Shown: positions 39,642-52,589 of the stretch, piece by piece | Layout: the number at the start of each line of letters is the position of its first letter | Position numbering within the stretch: position 1 is the stretch's first letter | Source of the DNA: Phoronis australis | Taxonomy: Eukaryota; Animalia; Phoronida | Direction of reading: 5' to 3' | NCBI GenBank assembly: GCA_002633005.1 | Contig: NMRA01000919.1 | Location: forward strand, 35,374-99,373 | DNA: 64,000 nucleotides | Notes under the pieces: model-generated | Seen by the model: the letters and a program-made list of their open reading frames with translations, nothing else | The model's database searches: none | What the model was told of the DNA's origin: nothing | Program-made: the position numbers and the translations under genes

Positions 39642-41990
39642 AATGGGGCTATTCGACAATCTTTACATTACTGGAGGGCGCGCGTGTTCTAGTGGTGATA
39701 GATATAGCAGCCTCGATTTCACGAGCCATTTAATACTTGGTGAAATGGTTTGTAGCCGTGCCAACTGAATCTGAGATTGTGTGAAAAAGGTGCTTCTACG
39801 AGAGGAAGTAAGAATGACCTTATAGAAAGGTAAGGTTTGTGATTATTTTAACGATTGTTACATGTTGACAATACTGATGCGTGTTAACTGAGGTACTGGC
39901 CGATGTCGACTTTGCGGCAGTCGCCAGTCGGGTAAATCATTGTTTCTTTGTTGTGATGTGTGTTACAATACTTGACTAAGCACTGAGGATCTTTTCGCAC
40001 ATCAAAGCAGTATTATTAATGTTTCAAATGATTTCTAACAGGTTTATCAATGACAGTTACATCAATCAATGCTGAATATTCATGTTGTGAACTCGATATT
40101 GGTTAGTGAGGTAAGATTACAATCCAAGCCCAAGAGTACGAGACAAATATTCATTAGACTATTTGTTTACTCGCTATCCCATGTCGTCCGGAAATTTATT
40201 GCTCGTTGACATGGAAATATATCATGTCTGTTTTCACCTGACCTTTGGTTTTTAGGTTTCAGGGCTAGCACCGTGCAGAGGAGATGTGCATCGTTTCTGC
40301 AACCGTCGCTAAATGGACAAAAATTGGATTTAAGCAGTTGTCTGTAGCTAACTAGCAAGATCTTAATGTCCAGTGCAGATCTGTTGTCAAAGCCTACTTT
40401 CTATATCGGAGACAAACAACACGGCTTTTGAAAAGGGACGGCTATTTTTTAAAGAAAGGTATGTATGTTGTTTTGTTTATTTGCTTATTTAGGTCCTTAG
40501 CAGGAGGTTGGCATAGGGGTTTGGGGTTGTGAAATTTAAGTCATTGAATGTGTGAAAATAACAAGTAGTAGTGTCTGGGGAAAAGAGCATGGTGAGGTAA
40601 TTCTTAACTTTCATGAAGTTCTTTCAAGTTTCATGAAACTGTTTTGCTATCCATTGTAAACTTATAAAAATGTGTTACATTTTCTGAATTCTCAATGACT
40701 GAACATTCTTAACTCATGCTGCAAGTTGTTTATGAATTCATATGAGTGTCATTTTTGCGAAAATTGCATTTTTGCTGTGAACATACGAGTAGGGTCGTAT
40801 TTGAACATTTCAAAGGCTGCCTATATGCAAGAAATGGTGCCTTAGGATTTTTGATTACTCTTAAACAACACAAAGATTGCCCATAATTTTTTAAATGACC
40901 TAAGTCTTCATATCTATTAGAAAAAAATGAAAAATATGAGGTACGGTTTCATCAGCCCTAGACCAGAAGTGTGCTTGACAGACCTATGAATTTGTAATCG
41001 GTGTTTAAAATTGCTGAAAGTATCAGAAATCAAAAGGCTTGAAAATGGGTGACAAAGGTTTGAAGTTGTCTCAAATAACTTGCTTGTTTTGCAGACAAGT
41101 GATGCGTTTAAAGAATTGTTATGGCTAGGAATGAAAAATAATGACACAGTTTTATACAATACTTATCATATACACCCTTGCTTTTTGAACTAGTAGTTGT
41201 TTGATTTTGTGTCAAATTGTAGAGCAGTTACCATATAATATTTTTGAATAACAGGGGCAACATTTTTGACACAACATAATATACCTAATTATTCATGTTT
41301 CAATATTTGTTCCAGGTTCAGTGGCATTTATAAGGCCACTTCAAGCTGTTTCATAGACAAGCTTTGTCACTCCTTTCTCTTCCCACATCATGTCCACACA
41401 CCAGCAGTGCTGCATGGCACAATGTACAAGTCAGTGGCCCTGAAGAAGTGTGGATCGCAGCACTAAGTTATCATAACGAAATGTGCCAGTAGATTGTTTT
41501 TGTGTGAAGAGGAACTATATCTGACTGCTACACCAGCCAGCCTCATTGGTGAGGATGCCCTTTCATAGGCAATGTGTGGACAACAATGGCTTATTTCCTT
41601 TCCTGGAAGAAACACGAGGGACTGAAGCTGAAGAAGGCCTAGTAACACACTGGTCTAGTTCAGGGTCAGATTTTGGGCACAAATTAAGTCAAGTGGTAAG
41701 CTTTTGTGTTTAACTTCAAGGATCTAATTGTGCATGTTATTGAGGCTGAATGAGGTTACATAAAGGACAGCCACGTGCCGAAATTGGACCTTATTTACGA
41801 GCACTTCTATAGGCCATTGAAACTAGATCCCAGTGACATGAAAACCAAAAGAATCTGGTGTGTATAAATACCTGCCCTTTCTCAGTACTAATTGTAAAAA
41901 CTTCAATTTGGCACGCATTATGCGAAAGTGACATTCAGTGACTGCATCGATTGTTTTATTGCCAGTAAAAAGCCCGCTAATGATCGAATA
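39642..41990 (+). mobile_element. Long degenerate interspersed element; direct homolog at ~53470-54890
   Basis: Both copies begin aatggg(g/a)ctattcgacaatctttac. They share 39642-40060 and ~41075-41990 (e.g. cagtggccctgaagaa, ttcctggaagaaacacgagggactgaagct). This copy has ~1 kb extra. Confidence 0.75.
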
Positions 41991-42015
41991 CATTTTTCAT
42001 CAATAAGAAAGTTTT

Positions 42016-42274
42016 AAGTAGTTTATCCCGTTCAATCCACCATCTTTTTGATCATATCACGTGACCTAATGTATATAAGTCCGAAAAGATTTCTGCCCCC
42101 AACCGGGACTCCAAGCCAGGACCTTCTGCTAACGTGCCGTGCAGACGCTCTAGCCACTGAGCCATTGGTACCACTGGTCAGACAATGACAGAAATCCATT
42201 CGGACTTAGTAGTGGGCCCATGATCTCCATTGTTTATGTAAATATCATGTCGGATTGAACGGGATAAACTACTT
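42016..42274. mobile_element. Inverted-repeat element (23-bp perfect IR) carrying an internal tRNA-like sequence on the - strand
   Basis: aagtagtttatcccgttcaatcc / ggattgaacgggataaactactt. The interior reverse complement reads tggctcagtggctagagcgtctgc...ggcttggagtcccgg (A-box- and degenerate B-box-like). Confidence 0.7.
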
Positions 42275-42755
42275 GCAACATATTCCACGCCTCACTGCAA
42301 AAGATGATATTTACATAAGTTCTTTTTTCAGTAAAGAATTTACAGCAATTCCTAATGTGTACGATGAAATACGATCGACGTAGCTAAAATGTGCCAAGAC
42401 GTCCTGTATTTTGGTCGCTTGATTGTAGCTACATGTAGAAGGAACATTACCACAGTGTAGCTTGTTGGGCACGCATGCGTTATATGTTGCGAGTGATTTA
42501 CCATTTAAGTTGTTGGAGGAACCGAACACTAAATTTAGAGCTCGAGTCTGCACCGACACGCAAGCTCAAAATGTATGCGTAAACATTCCAAACTTGAAGT
42601 AAATCACGAATTCGTAACTTCTAGCCCCTAACAATTAAGAATAGTCCTTGTTTTGCAAGCTAATATTTACTAATGTAATAAATTTCAATGAATCTGTTAT
42701 CCTGAGCTTCCACCAGTTTTAGCCATTTTCAAACTACTTAAGAAATTCCAGAAAA

Positions 42756-42911
42756 TCACTTTCTCTCCACTTGAATCCATGGTAAATCATCCAATTCTGC
42801 ATTCCCTCCACACAGTATAACACCAATCTTCTTGATGGATGGATCCAGCATCTGGAGTTGTTGGGAAAGTGCAGCAGCTACTCCGGTACCGGCCGTGACC
42901 TCAATTACCAA
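42756..42911 (-). CDS. SRR: Serine/aspartate racemase-family gene, exon 8 (stop)
   Basis: tttcag|LVIEVTAGTGVAAALSQQLQMLDPSIKKIGVILCGGNAELDDLPWIQVERK*. Confidence 0.88.
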   Translation of the reverse strand: MVIEVTAGTGVAAALSQQLQMLDPSIKKIGVILCGGNAELDDLPWIQVERK

Positions 42912-43644
42912 CTGAAATGTACATGAACATGGTAGTACAAAGATTGATAAATGATACCTAAGCATTATGTAGGGTAGTTTTCTTGCACGAGTAAACAATA
43001 GACCATTTGCAGGTTTGCCCAATTTGCAGAAGTGGAATAATATCGTCATGTATAACCTCGCATTAAGCCTATAGGCATACTCGTGGAATTAACCCATATA
43101 AACCATGGATGGAGTCTCGCTGCGCTTAAGCGGTAGCACCAAGACGCCATGGAAAGTTGTACCGTAATACCGGCAGCCGGAATTTTATCATGCAAATAAT
43201 CTGTGGTTTTAAAATGTTATCATCTGATTTTTACATCCAAGGTCATCCATTCGATTTCCTGCACGATTGACAATCCATAAATTATATCTTCACTGAGTCT
43301 TGGATGAGTGATGTGCGTATTGTTGGAAACGTAAATCAAGTCCCAAAGATTACAACTGTGAAAATACTTATGACTAATTTCAAATTTACATTCAGGGGAC
43401 ATCTTTTTATTTAGAAAGTCATTATTAGGATATGTATAGGACTCAAAACATCACTTTTACTATGTCACTTTTTGTTGACCTATTTGTATTAAACAACTTC
43501 TTTGTTAGAAAACATTATGTTCTCAATCCAGTCATGTGATCACTGACATCTCGGTTTAAAGACTACAGGTTTTGAAGCAAGTCACATTTTCCTCGGTCAG
43601 GAACGATGAAGTTGATACGGTTTCGTACTAATAGATCCACACGC

Positions 43645-46154
43645 CAAGGCTACTCCCCATTTTTAGCTAATTTGGATGTCTTTGTGTCATTTATCATATC
43701 GTTGTCCACATAGGGACTAGAATGTTGAAATTTTACCAGTGGGTAGCTTAACATGTCTACATTGGACAAAAACTAAAAAATTGTCAATTAATGATCAGTA
43801 ATTACTTTAATTAGGAGGTTAATTAGAGGAGTGTTGTAAATAACGGGAAGGAGATACTGTGTAGCTTGGTGAAGTTCATATTAAATAATAAGGGAAAAAG
43901 AAAGGTAACACAGTGCACAGGTTTGTTCTGATATCAAAGCATTTGTATTCCATAGTAATCACTAAATATATCTAGATTTCATAACCATTTATTACCTCAG
44001 AAGTACACCACGGTAAGCCACAATATCAGTCGTCTTGAACTGAATTTTTCATGCCGATACCACACCACAAATCATTCTCTAGAGACATTTATGTGGCTGT
44101 TTTACATTCTAAGAATAAAAAATAACTGTATTTCACCAACAGGACTTAATATGAAAGTTACTAACCCGCTAATTAATATGATAATTAATGTTCAAAATGG
44201 CCACCACGGGCACAAATCAGGGAAGGAAGGACATGTTTTACAAACACAATATCAACAGATTGGGAAACACAATGGCAATGAAACCTTGCAAGTATTTTTG
44301 TTTAACCCAGAAGAATGTTGTAAACCTAAAAATATGAAACTTAGAGATAGATATATTTTTTATCTTTATGTGCAACACACGAGACCTCACAAAAAGTAAG
44401 TCTCATGGGATTCAATGTAAGATAGAACAGGTTGATTTTCAGAATTAAAAGAAATGATTGGTTTACAACATGCCTCTTAATGTAGTGAACATTTCCTGAA
44501 AATTTCATACAAATTGAAAAAACGGTTTTCAAAATATGATGTTCTAAGTGGAGAACAATCCTTGGAAAACCTCGTACTGAGAAAATCGCATTTAAAGTTA
44601 ATACTGTTCAATTTTCACAATAAAGCATACAGCCATCAAGTATTCAGTCACTTTGTCACTTAGGATTTGCCTCTGACACGGCCTTGTAGCTTTTATTCTC
44701 ACCGTCACCCAGATATCCAGTTTAGCGTGTGTTGTAGTTCGGTAAAGAACGTTTAAAAATTTCCAGTGCACCGGCTGGTTCCATTGAACTAGCACTTCCC
44801 TCATGATTTTTCTCACAACCATGACCGACTTTCCAGTCCCTGAACTCTTGGTCAGTTTTCTTTCGTTTATTCACAGCACAGCTGTTGCAATAATTAGACA
44901 ACGCATAGACATCAACTACTTTGCTTGACGTGCCGCAGCATGTGAGAGCTGTCACCACACCGTTTTTGCTCACAAAACCACGCGGTTGCCCTTAACCATC
45001 TTCCGACACAGTGACATCAACTATATCATTATCACGGGAATTGGGAACAAATGACTTGCGTGCCTCTTTGACAGCTTTCTCCATGGACGACGATGACGCA
45101 GCTTTCGTGGCATGGTGTATTCGCTTCTTATGTCGGTTCCAAACTGTGGGCACCTGAGGGAGAGGCATAAAGCGATGTCCCTGTAGACGATTTTTACCCA
45201 CAACAAATATTGCAAGTGGAAATCGTCGGTTGACAACAAACAAGTTGCTTGTTGTCCCAGTTTGTTCCGATGTCACTAAATTTACAATATGGCCACACTC
45301 TTGGCAGCTAAATTCAAATGTGGAAGCAAGTCCAACACGCGATTCAGATGGATCAGTTCCAAAGTGTTCACTGTTACATAGAGGGCAAGTGAATAACTGA
45401 ACAAACCTCAGGAGTAAATCAACATCCACAAATCTGTCTCAACTTAGCTTCGCATGAGGATCAAAATCAATGTTCGCCTCCTTGGACAGTTTTGTTCCAG
45501 AGGCTGTAGCTTGTTTCGGATGTTTTTCAGTCCTTCTTTGTTTGCAAGCACGTGAGCTCTCGCGATGCTGGTTTCCTTGAAATTTTCTTTTTTTAGTTCT
45601 AGACCTTCTTGAGGAACTTACCATTAATTCTTCTTACTCTTGGTTAAAACCAATTTTCAAGAGAAACAAAACTTACAAATACATGTATTCCCAATAAATA
45701 GACCAAAAACGCAGAAATATAACCAAACTTGAAGATAACACACTTGTAACAGGAAATTCCAATATGTCCGACTTGAGTTGTAAAACCGTCACTGATTGGT
45801 CAATTTCAAACTTGGCCATATGGGTATACACATGTTAACCAATAAAATTAGCTGTTTGAAACATTTTCAGCATTGGATACTGCAGTTATTGTACAGTTGA
45901 CAAGCTATTTTACACTTCTTGAACTTTTGCTCTATGGTTTCTGGAGGAGAAGTTATTGACTTTCTAAGTTTATGAATATTTAATGAGAAAGAAGGAGGTA
46001 GATATTAGAACAAGCTTTTTTCATGGATTTATTAACATCATCAATACTTAAAAAGTCAAGATACTGATAAAGGAAGTGTTTACTTAATAATGTTTGAAAA
46101 AACAAAAAAAAATAATTTGGACGGAAAATGGTGAATATGGGGGGTGTAGCCTTG
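43645..46154 (-). mobile_element. Kolobok/Mutator-like DDE DNA transposon, defective, in racemase intron 7
   Basis: TIRs CAAGGCTACTCCCC (43645-43658) and GGGGTGTAGCCTTG (46141-46154), 13/14 match. Broken ORF 45624-44598: KRKFQGNQH, CPLC...GLAS...CQEC, VNRR, SMEKAVKE, VTVSEDG, KVVDVYALSNYCNSC, CEKNHEGSASSMEPAGALEIFKRS, YLGDGE. Confidence 0.85.
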
Positions 46155-46728
46155 CGTCGGTCAAAACATAATGACAACGCTGGAATGCACTGAAACTAAA
46201 GCTCATTGAACAGACATGCCACGTATCTCAAGCAACACGTTTTTGTCACCTAACGTACAACTGTATGCCTTTAAGGCATTGCCATGAAGTTCAGTGGAAA
46301 GGATTTTATTTGAAACAGCTTGTGAACACAGGTTACATTTAGGATCCACACAAGTTGGAACATCCGTCCACTAGGGAGTAGATTTAAGTCAGTGTAATCG
46401 ACTTTTATTGCAATGGATTGCGAAAAATTGAAGCGTTGGTTCCGATGAATCGCCCCGACTGCATGTCCAGTCACCAAATGGCGAAATGGCTCGGAAATCT
46501 CTACCCCAGGTTGAGCAGTCAAGGGTATTAGCCCCTCACTAAAATGGTTCAAAGATCTTCTCACGGAAAGGGAAACGTCACAAGCGCAATGGATTTTGGG
46601 AAGTTTGTGCGGGATGCAGACGCATAATTTTTCTTTTATCCGTTCAAAGGCAAGTCGAGCAAGCAAGCAAATGCCTATCGGTCCTACGACACGTTTACAT
46701 TCTGTGGAGTATACATGTAAGTACTTAC

Positions 46729-46779
46729 CTTAAGCTTTTCAAACACCAGTTTCGTAGCATCAACAGTTTGCTGGTCAGT
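46729..46779 (-). CDS. SRR: Racemase-family gene, exon 7
   Basis: ttttag|TDQQTVDATKLVFEKLK|gtaagt; 51 nt, phase 0/0. Confidence 0.85.
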
Positions 46780-47306
46780 CTAAAAATAAACAGTGTCAAG
46801 TTAAGTCGCATATTCTCCGATTCCATAAGATGTCACTTTTATAACCCAATTCTTCATTTTGCCTTCCATTCTTTGCATTCCATACTTAAATTTAAGCGGC
46901 ATTGAACCCACTAACTTTGATTTAGACCGCTTTCCGTTACAAAATATGAGGAATGACTTACAGGCCATGGAAAACTGGCGTTTAAGGAGTGTTTGAGACC
47001 ATGGTCGTCGTATCATATGACATGTCGTGACAAGACACGGGCAAGGAACAAGCCAATATCAGGCATGCGTTCAGTATTGCTAGGACCTAGCTAAAATCTA
47101 GTCTAAGTCACGTGCTCTTATTTAGAATACACGGCAATATCTCGCGTAATCTCGCGAAGTCTTGCTTTTTAGCGAGATCCTAGCGTTACTGAACGTGAGC
47201 CAGGTTTCTAACGTCACATGGTCTAAATGAAACAATTAAGCTTTTAATAAAGGGCGGGGTGATAGCCAATTCAAAAGATAACATTCAGTTGAACTTAACT
47301 AACGAC

Positions 47307-47558
47307 GGCAAGTTCGCTGTTCGTTTTCTCGTTCGAGCTTCTCTTGTACAGCATTCTATTTTACTGATCCGATAAAACCTTGACAAATTTGTTGTTCGTC
47401 TTCACGACCAGCTTTAATTTCTCCCAGATCATTCCATCTTACAGGTTCAATAAAACCTTGGCAAGTTCGCTGTTCGTTTCCACGTGCAGCTTCTCTTGCA
47501 GAGTATTCCATCTTACAGATTCGATAAAATCTTGGCAAGTTTGCTGTTCGTTCCCACG
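47307..47558. repeat. Degenerate ~75-bp tandem repeat (~3.3 copies)
   Basis: Recurring taaaaccttggcaagttcgctgttcgtt...ccatcttacag. Confidence 0.75.
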
Positions 47559-47963
47559 TCAAGCTTTGGCCGCAGAGCCGATTCCACCTTTGGTCTGCGA
47601 TCCAATAGTCATGCGCACAGCGAGGTTCATTGGCATTTCATTGGCAATGTTTGAGATTTTTCAGGAGACCCCAATGAAATTTTCAGCGGTTACTGTGAGA
47701 GAATGCAAGAACAGGTTTGGGTATTTTTGGATCCCGGATCAAAGATCGTTATCCATTTCGATGCATTCCATGCAAAGAACTCAGTTTAATTTGAACTTTG
47801 TTCGACCTATTCGCCAAACTCTAGTCCAGCAAATTTAACGTGGATCGCGTTTGCAGTGACGTACCTACCACCCTTTTTAATATGACCCCTGTAACATTGC
47901 ATTTAATGTTACAACGGCCTCATTGGTGCATGTATATAGTCAAGTCATCTACTTTCCACTTAC

Positions 47964-48106
47964 GACAGTAAACACTTCTCGCTGTATATGATTGAGAAGA
48001 ATGTTTTTGAATATTCCGTGGTTTACATATTTCCTTCGTAGGCCTTCGGCGATGGTATCAATCCTCGGTGAAGTAACATGAGGATCCACTGCCATACCTT
48101 GGTACC
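47964..48106 (-). CDS. SRR: Racemase-family gene, exon 6
   Basis: tttcag|(G)YQGMAVDPHVTSPRIDTIAEGLRRKYVNHGIFKNILLNHIQREVFTV|gtaagt; contains the TIA[D/E]G motif. Confidence 0.87.
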
Positions 48107-49224
48107 CTGAAAGGTCATAGATATAGCTTTGAGTCACTGCGTACACGTTTCCTAATTGGTCTATATGCTTAGGTTACGAATGACGCCAGAAAAAATATCA
48201 AAATTTTACTTACTTCTGAACAATATACCCCACACATCGCACATTGAATTGAAACGAAATCTAGGACTTTTAGGATTTTCATAAAAAAAGAAAATTAACG
48301 ATAATTCAGAAAACGGAGACGTGCTCGGACTAGTGAGCAAACGGTATAGATTTTCGCGTTCCAGTCATCAACTACGTGAAAATTTACCGAAACATCTATT
48401 TCAACCATTAATGGGAGTCATGTTTAGGGGTGAATTGGTGAGGTGACGTCCTTTGTTTTGGTTGTCATATGCAGAGTGTTCCTTACACATGATAAAACCA
48501 TGGATGGAATGAAATTCATTGATTGTTCAACAGCGTTTCCGCTTCGTTTTTGTCAACGGGTCATAACGCAAATTAGTTCAGTCGATACGTAACGTTCTTT
48601 GAACACAGCTCCAAATATTTTCGAACTTAATCGAATTTTTGAATAAAAACATGATTTTTTAGTTTAATTATGTGTTTTTGGTGGAGCACCAATACCTAAA
48701 ATGGCCGCCATAGTAAGTGACAGATGACTCATGCATTATGGATAGTCACTTAGCTGCCGCCATATATAGGAAACCCCGACCACTTTAAAAAAAAATAATA
48801 GCAAAATAATGCAAGCACACACAGCGCTGAAAGTTAGCAAATGTTTACATTTTAAATGATACTTTTTGACTGACGATCCCACCCTGTGTTCTAAATTGGT
48901 GAGGGTAAAGGAAAGAGAATGTTTCAGTTTCAGTTGATTTCATCTTCTAAATACATGTACGTACGATGAAAATATTTTACGTGATAAGTGTATCCACCGA
49001 CCCTTACATGATTTTTATTTAGGGGTGTCAGGGCAGAGTATTAGCCAGGACTTTGCCCGTCAGACGGCTCACCCCCGAACTTCCAAATGGAGTTTTAGTG
49101 GGGCATGGCCCCCTTGGCCCCCCTCTAAATCCGCCACTGCCTTACAAACTCATTATTTCATTTTTTATTTCATAAGCTGTGATAATGCAGTTTGTCAAGC
49201 TTTTCAGACGAACCTCCCTAGAAC

Positions 49225-49436
49225 CAGAAGCGGATTTAGGGNACCAGGGGGGGCTCGGGGGGGGTGAATAAACAATGCATAGGTCCTGAAGAAACCCCGT
49301 TTACCGTGTTTTTTTTACTCAAAAGGACCCCAAACCCAAAATTCGAGACCCCTGCATCTCCACATTTTAGGCTGGGCGCGAAATTCTGTATATTCCTGTG
49401 CCCTGGACCCCCTAACTCAAAATCCTGGATCCCCTG
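49225..49436. mobile_element. hAT-like MITE with 5-bp TSD (agaac); a truncated inverted relative lies at ~49021-49139
   Basis: agaac|CAGAAGCGGATTTAGG...cctaactcaaaatcctggatcccctg|agaac. Confidence 0.75.
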
Positions 49437-49639
49437 AGAACATTTGTAAATCATAACTAGTAATACATGTAGGTCTCTGTTTCAAGTAACTACATCTCAG
49501 ATTCGCTGAAACTGGAAATCGAAAGAAAAACGACTTCTACTTCTCCCTGGTTACAAATAAAACACAAACTTTGATCACTGTACTATTTCTTCTGCCCAGT
49601 TCTATATTACATTTGATGGGCTGAACACATTATGTTCGC

Positions 49640-50950
49640 TACAACAAGTACCTGACCCTGTGACAAATTTTCGAACAAGTACTTCTCACAAACCAGCTCT
49701 GGCTTGATTGAACAATGCTTCCGATAGTTTGCAACCAGTTTTGAAATTTTACTTCTGTCAATCTTTGCTGGAACTCATACATACTGTAAATATGTGTTGA
49801 CCAACGACCTGCTTTAATAGCTTTACATTTCCAAACCGAATAGTAATTAATAGATTTCACTCTAAAACCAAAGTTTTCTTGACCGAGTGCATCCTTGCTA
49901 TGCAAAAAGTCGTAGAATTGCTTTGGTATTCTTCTGCTACCTATTTTGAGTAACTTCAGTAAAAATTCATCAGGCTTTCACATGTTTGATACTACTAATT
50001 CATTCCGCCAACATTGACCTCAAGGCATAACATTTGTTTTACTACCAGTAAGCAAGAAACATTTCCAGTGTTTATTTTGTATAAGTTCAATTTCCTTCCG
50101 ACAGAATGTTCACCATAGTTCGACACCTTAAAATATATACGGGATACCGCAGAATCGAAAAGTTTAAAGGATATCTTGACATTACGATCGACTTGCGATT
50201 ATAACACACAGATGGTGGTTAATAACATTGAGGGCTTTATTTGTTTGCTGGGCTATTGTGTCCCAGCATCATGATCAATTCAGTTTACATGAGAATACAC
50301 ACCCTAGATATTTGTAACAACTCGTTACCTTTTGTTCACATCTAAGTTTTCATAAAACTTCCTGCCTTTTTAAACATCGAAATATTTGATATATCTATAT
50401 GTATTGATATTTTCCATTTCACACTGTACTATTCAAGTACATTTAACCGTCTCTGTAACTCGATGACAGAATCTACAAATAACACTACACAATCAGCAAA
50501 TAATAACATGAACACGTTTTCAATACCTTGGGTGTTATTTATACCAGAACCTCTTCCTTCAATCATTTCCTTTGCCAATGAAAACAGTAATTTGCTCAGC
50601 ATACAGCCTTGTCGTACACCCGAGTCGCAGCTAAATGAATCTCTTGACAATCCCGTTGTTCTTTTTAATTTTACCGCTAATAGCTGCATAAATACTTCTC
50701 AATGTCTCAAAATTTTTCAAGACATGCCCTCTGACTGCAAAATATCAAACAGAGCCTATCTATCTAAACAGACAAATGCTTTAGGAAAATCGATAAAAGC
50801 GCAATGAGAAGGCTTCGACCTTTACCCGTGATATATATTTTTTCGGTCAGACTACTTAGTTACTATATTGTCAACAGCTAGATATTTTTTCCTAAAAAAC
50901 CAGTCCGTTTTCCTTTACCCTGTTCGACAACATTTTTATTCAATATTATT
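49640..50950 (-). mobile_element. Degenerate non-LTR retrotransposon RT fragment in racemase intron 5
   Basis: Peptides CAFIDFPKAF, SGVRQGCMLSKLLFSL, LLFADCVVLF...LQRRLNVLE and YKYLG; many stops. Confidence 0.8.
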
Positions 50951-51107
50951 AGACAACATGAAAATCATCCGCCACCTTACAAAGCCAGTAGTACTAGTGC
51001 TGCAAGCAAGGTACATGTAGCAGCCCATTCTCCCCACAGGTAAGCGTATAGCTGGAATGTCATGGTTTACAGCAACGCGCTCAAGAATTCCTTGCTATGA
51101 TACTTAC

Positions 51108-51158
51108 CACGTTTCAGGTTTTCCTGGAGGTTTTTTCCTTTGGGTTCAACAGCATACA
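51108..51158 (-). CDS. SRR: Racemase-family gene, exon 5
   Basis: tttcag|(V)YAVEPKGKNLQENLKR-G|gtaagt; 51 nt, phase 1/1. Confidence 0.85.
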
Positions 51159-51818
51159 CTGAAAATTATAAAAGTGTGATTACACCAGAGTGAGATTATA
51201 TTGAGTACACATAATAGAACAGTTCATCTTTGTAAAAATGTCTTAAAAATCATCATAGACTATACCACGGTGGATCTAATATGTTTTTGTCAGGGGTGGT
51301 GGGATCAATCACGATTTTCTAAAGAAAATGTCTGCTTAACTGAGCCCTAAAACAGTGAGACGTTTTTTCGCGGTCATGTCCGTTTTTTTTCTTTGTTACC
51401 GGCTCCTGCCCCCCCCACCCTTAATCCGCCTGTAGCATTGATTTGGAATATTACGCCACATTTGAGTACTCGTAAACTTTAGGCGTACAGAGAATACGAG
51501 ACATTTTTAGATATAAATGCATATGTCGGGTGTGGTTGCGTAGAAAAAGTTAATTGAAAGACACCTGCCTATGCCGTTGTTATATTTACATAACAGGTAT
51601 TCTGAGATGTTTTTCCTGCCCTCTGGAAGAAGGGGGGGGGGTGATTATTGTATTAATACAAATCTCACAGGTTAGTTAGAATGCCATCACTTCACTTTAG
51701 GAAAATGTTCACGTTGGAATTTTGGTAGTTATAATTACAATATACTTTGATAACACATTTCATGCAGACACACCGTAGCTTGCTGAATCACATGAAACTT
51801 TGGTAGCATTAGGCCTAC

Positions 51819-51945
51819 CTTTAATTGAAGGATCGACTTCTGATACCGCCAGCGCCACTCCACCCAAGAGTCCTCCCCCTCCCACTGACACGAGTATTGC
51901 GTCTAGATCGGGTACTTGGTCCATGAACTCTAATCCAACAGTTCC
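51819..51945 (-). CDS. SRR: Racemase-family gene, exon 4 (PLP phosphate-binding tetraglycine loop)
   Basis: cag|GTVGLEFMDQVPDLDAILVSVGGGGLLGGVALAVSEVDPSIK-G|gtaggc. Confidence 0.9.
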
Positions 51946-52443
51946 CTGCTCCGGTAGAAGGAGATATAAGTTTATTGCGAATTTCGGTTAAAGTAGTTAT
52001 TGAGAAATATTGCTAGAAACGTGAACGGTCATTCCAGTATGCCCAGTATAATGGCACCGTGACCAGGGGACATCCACGGGCGCTTACACCACCCTCCTTG
52101 GGAGACACGAACAAAAATTAACTAAACGAATGCCACTGGCACAACGAAACGGCACCGCAGGTACAGTAAACTTCGGTCCCTGAAATAATATACCTGCCCC
52201 TGTGGTAAATAAGTAATCAGCCAAAAGATGGACTTACTGGAAATCCTTGATTGATGATGTCGAATTCCGTGTCGTCACCAGATTTTTCGAAAACCCTTAA
52301 CTTCCGAGTTGCCTGGCAGGGTTTCATTTCCAATTGTTGTCATTTCGAGCTGTTTTACGCCGCTTTCGTGCAGACTGACACCGCTGTATTAATGCCTTTT
52401 TGTTCGAAATAATTTTGTCGATAGAAACTTCGAACTTATCTAA

Positions 52444-52580
52444 GCTTCAAGATTCCCTATTGCGGTGTACTTACCCTAGGCACCACTACGCTTCAAGATT
52501 CCCTATTGCGGTGTACTTACCCTAGGCACCACTACGCTTCAAGATTCCCTATTGCGGTGTACTTACCCTAGGTACCACTA
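52444..52580. repeat. 46-bp near-perfect tandem repeat x3 next to the exon 3 donor
   Basis: Unit gcttcaagattccctattgcggtgtacttaccctaggcaccactac at 52444, 52490 and 52536. Confidence 0.92.
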
Positions 52581-52589
52581 TTATCTTAC

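Noticed and set aside
42095-42170. tRNA gene candidate
   Set aside because: The B box is degenerate, I could not fold a convincing cloverleaf, and it sits inside an inverted-repeat element; treated as a tRNA-derived repeat.
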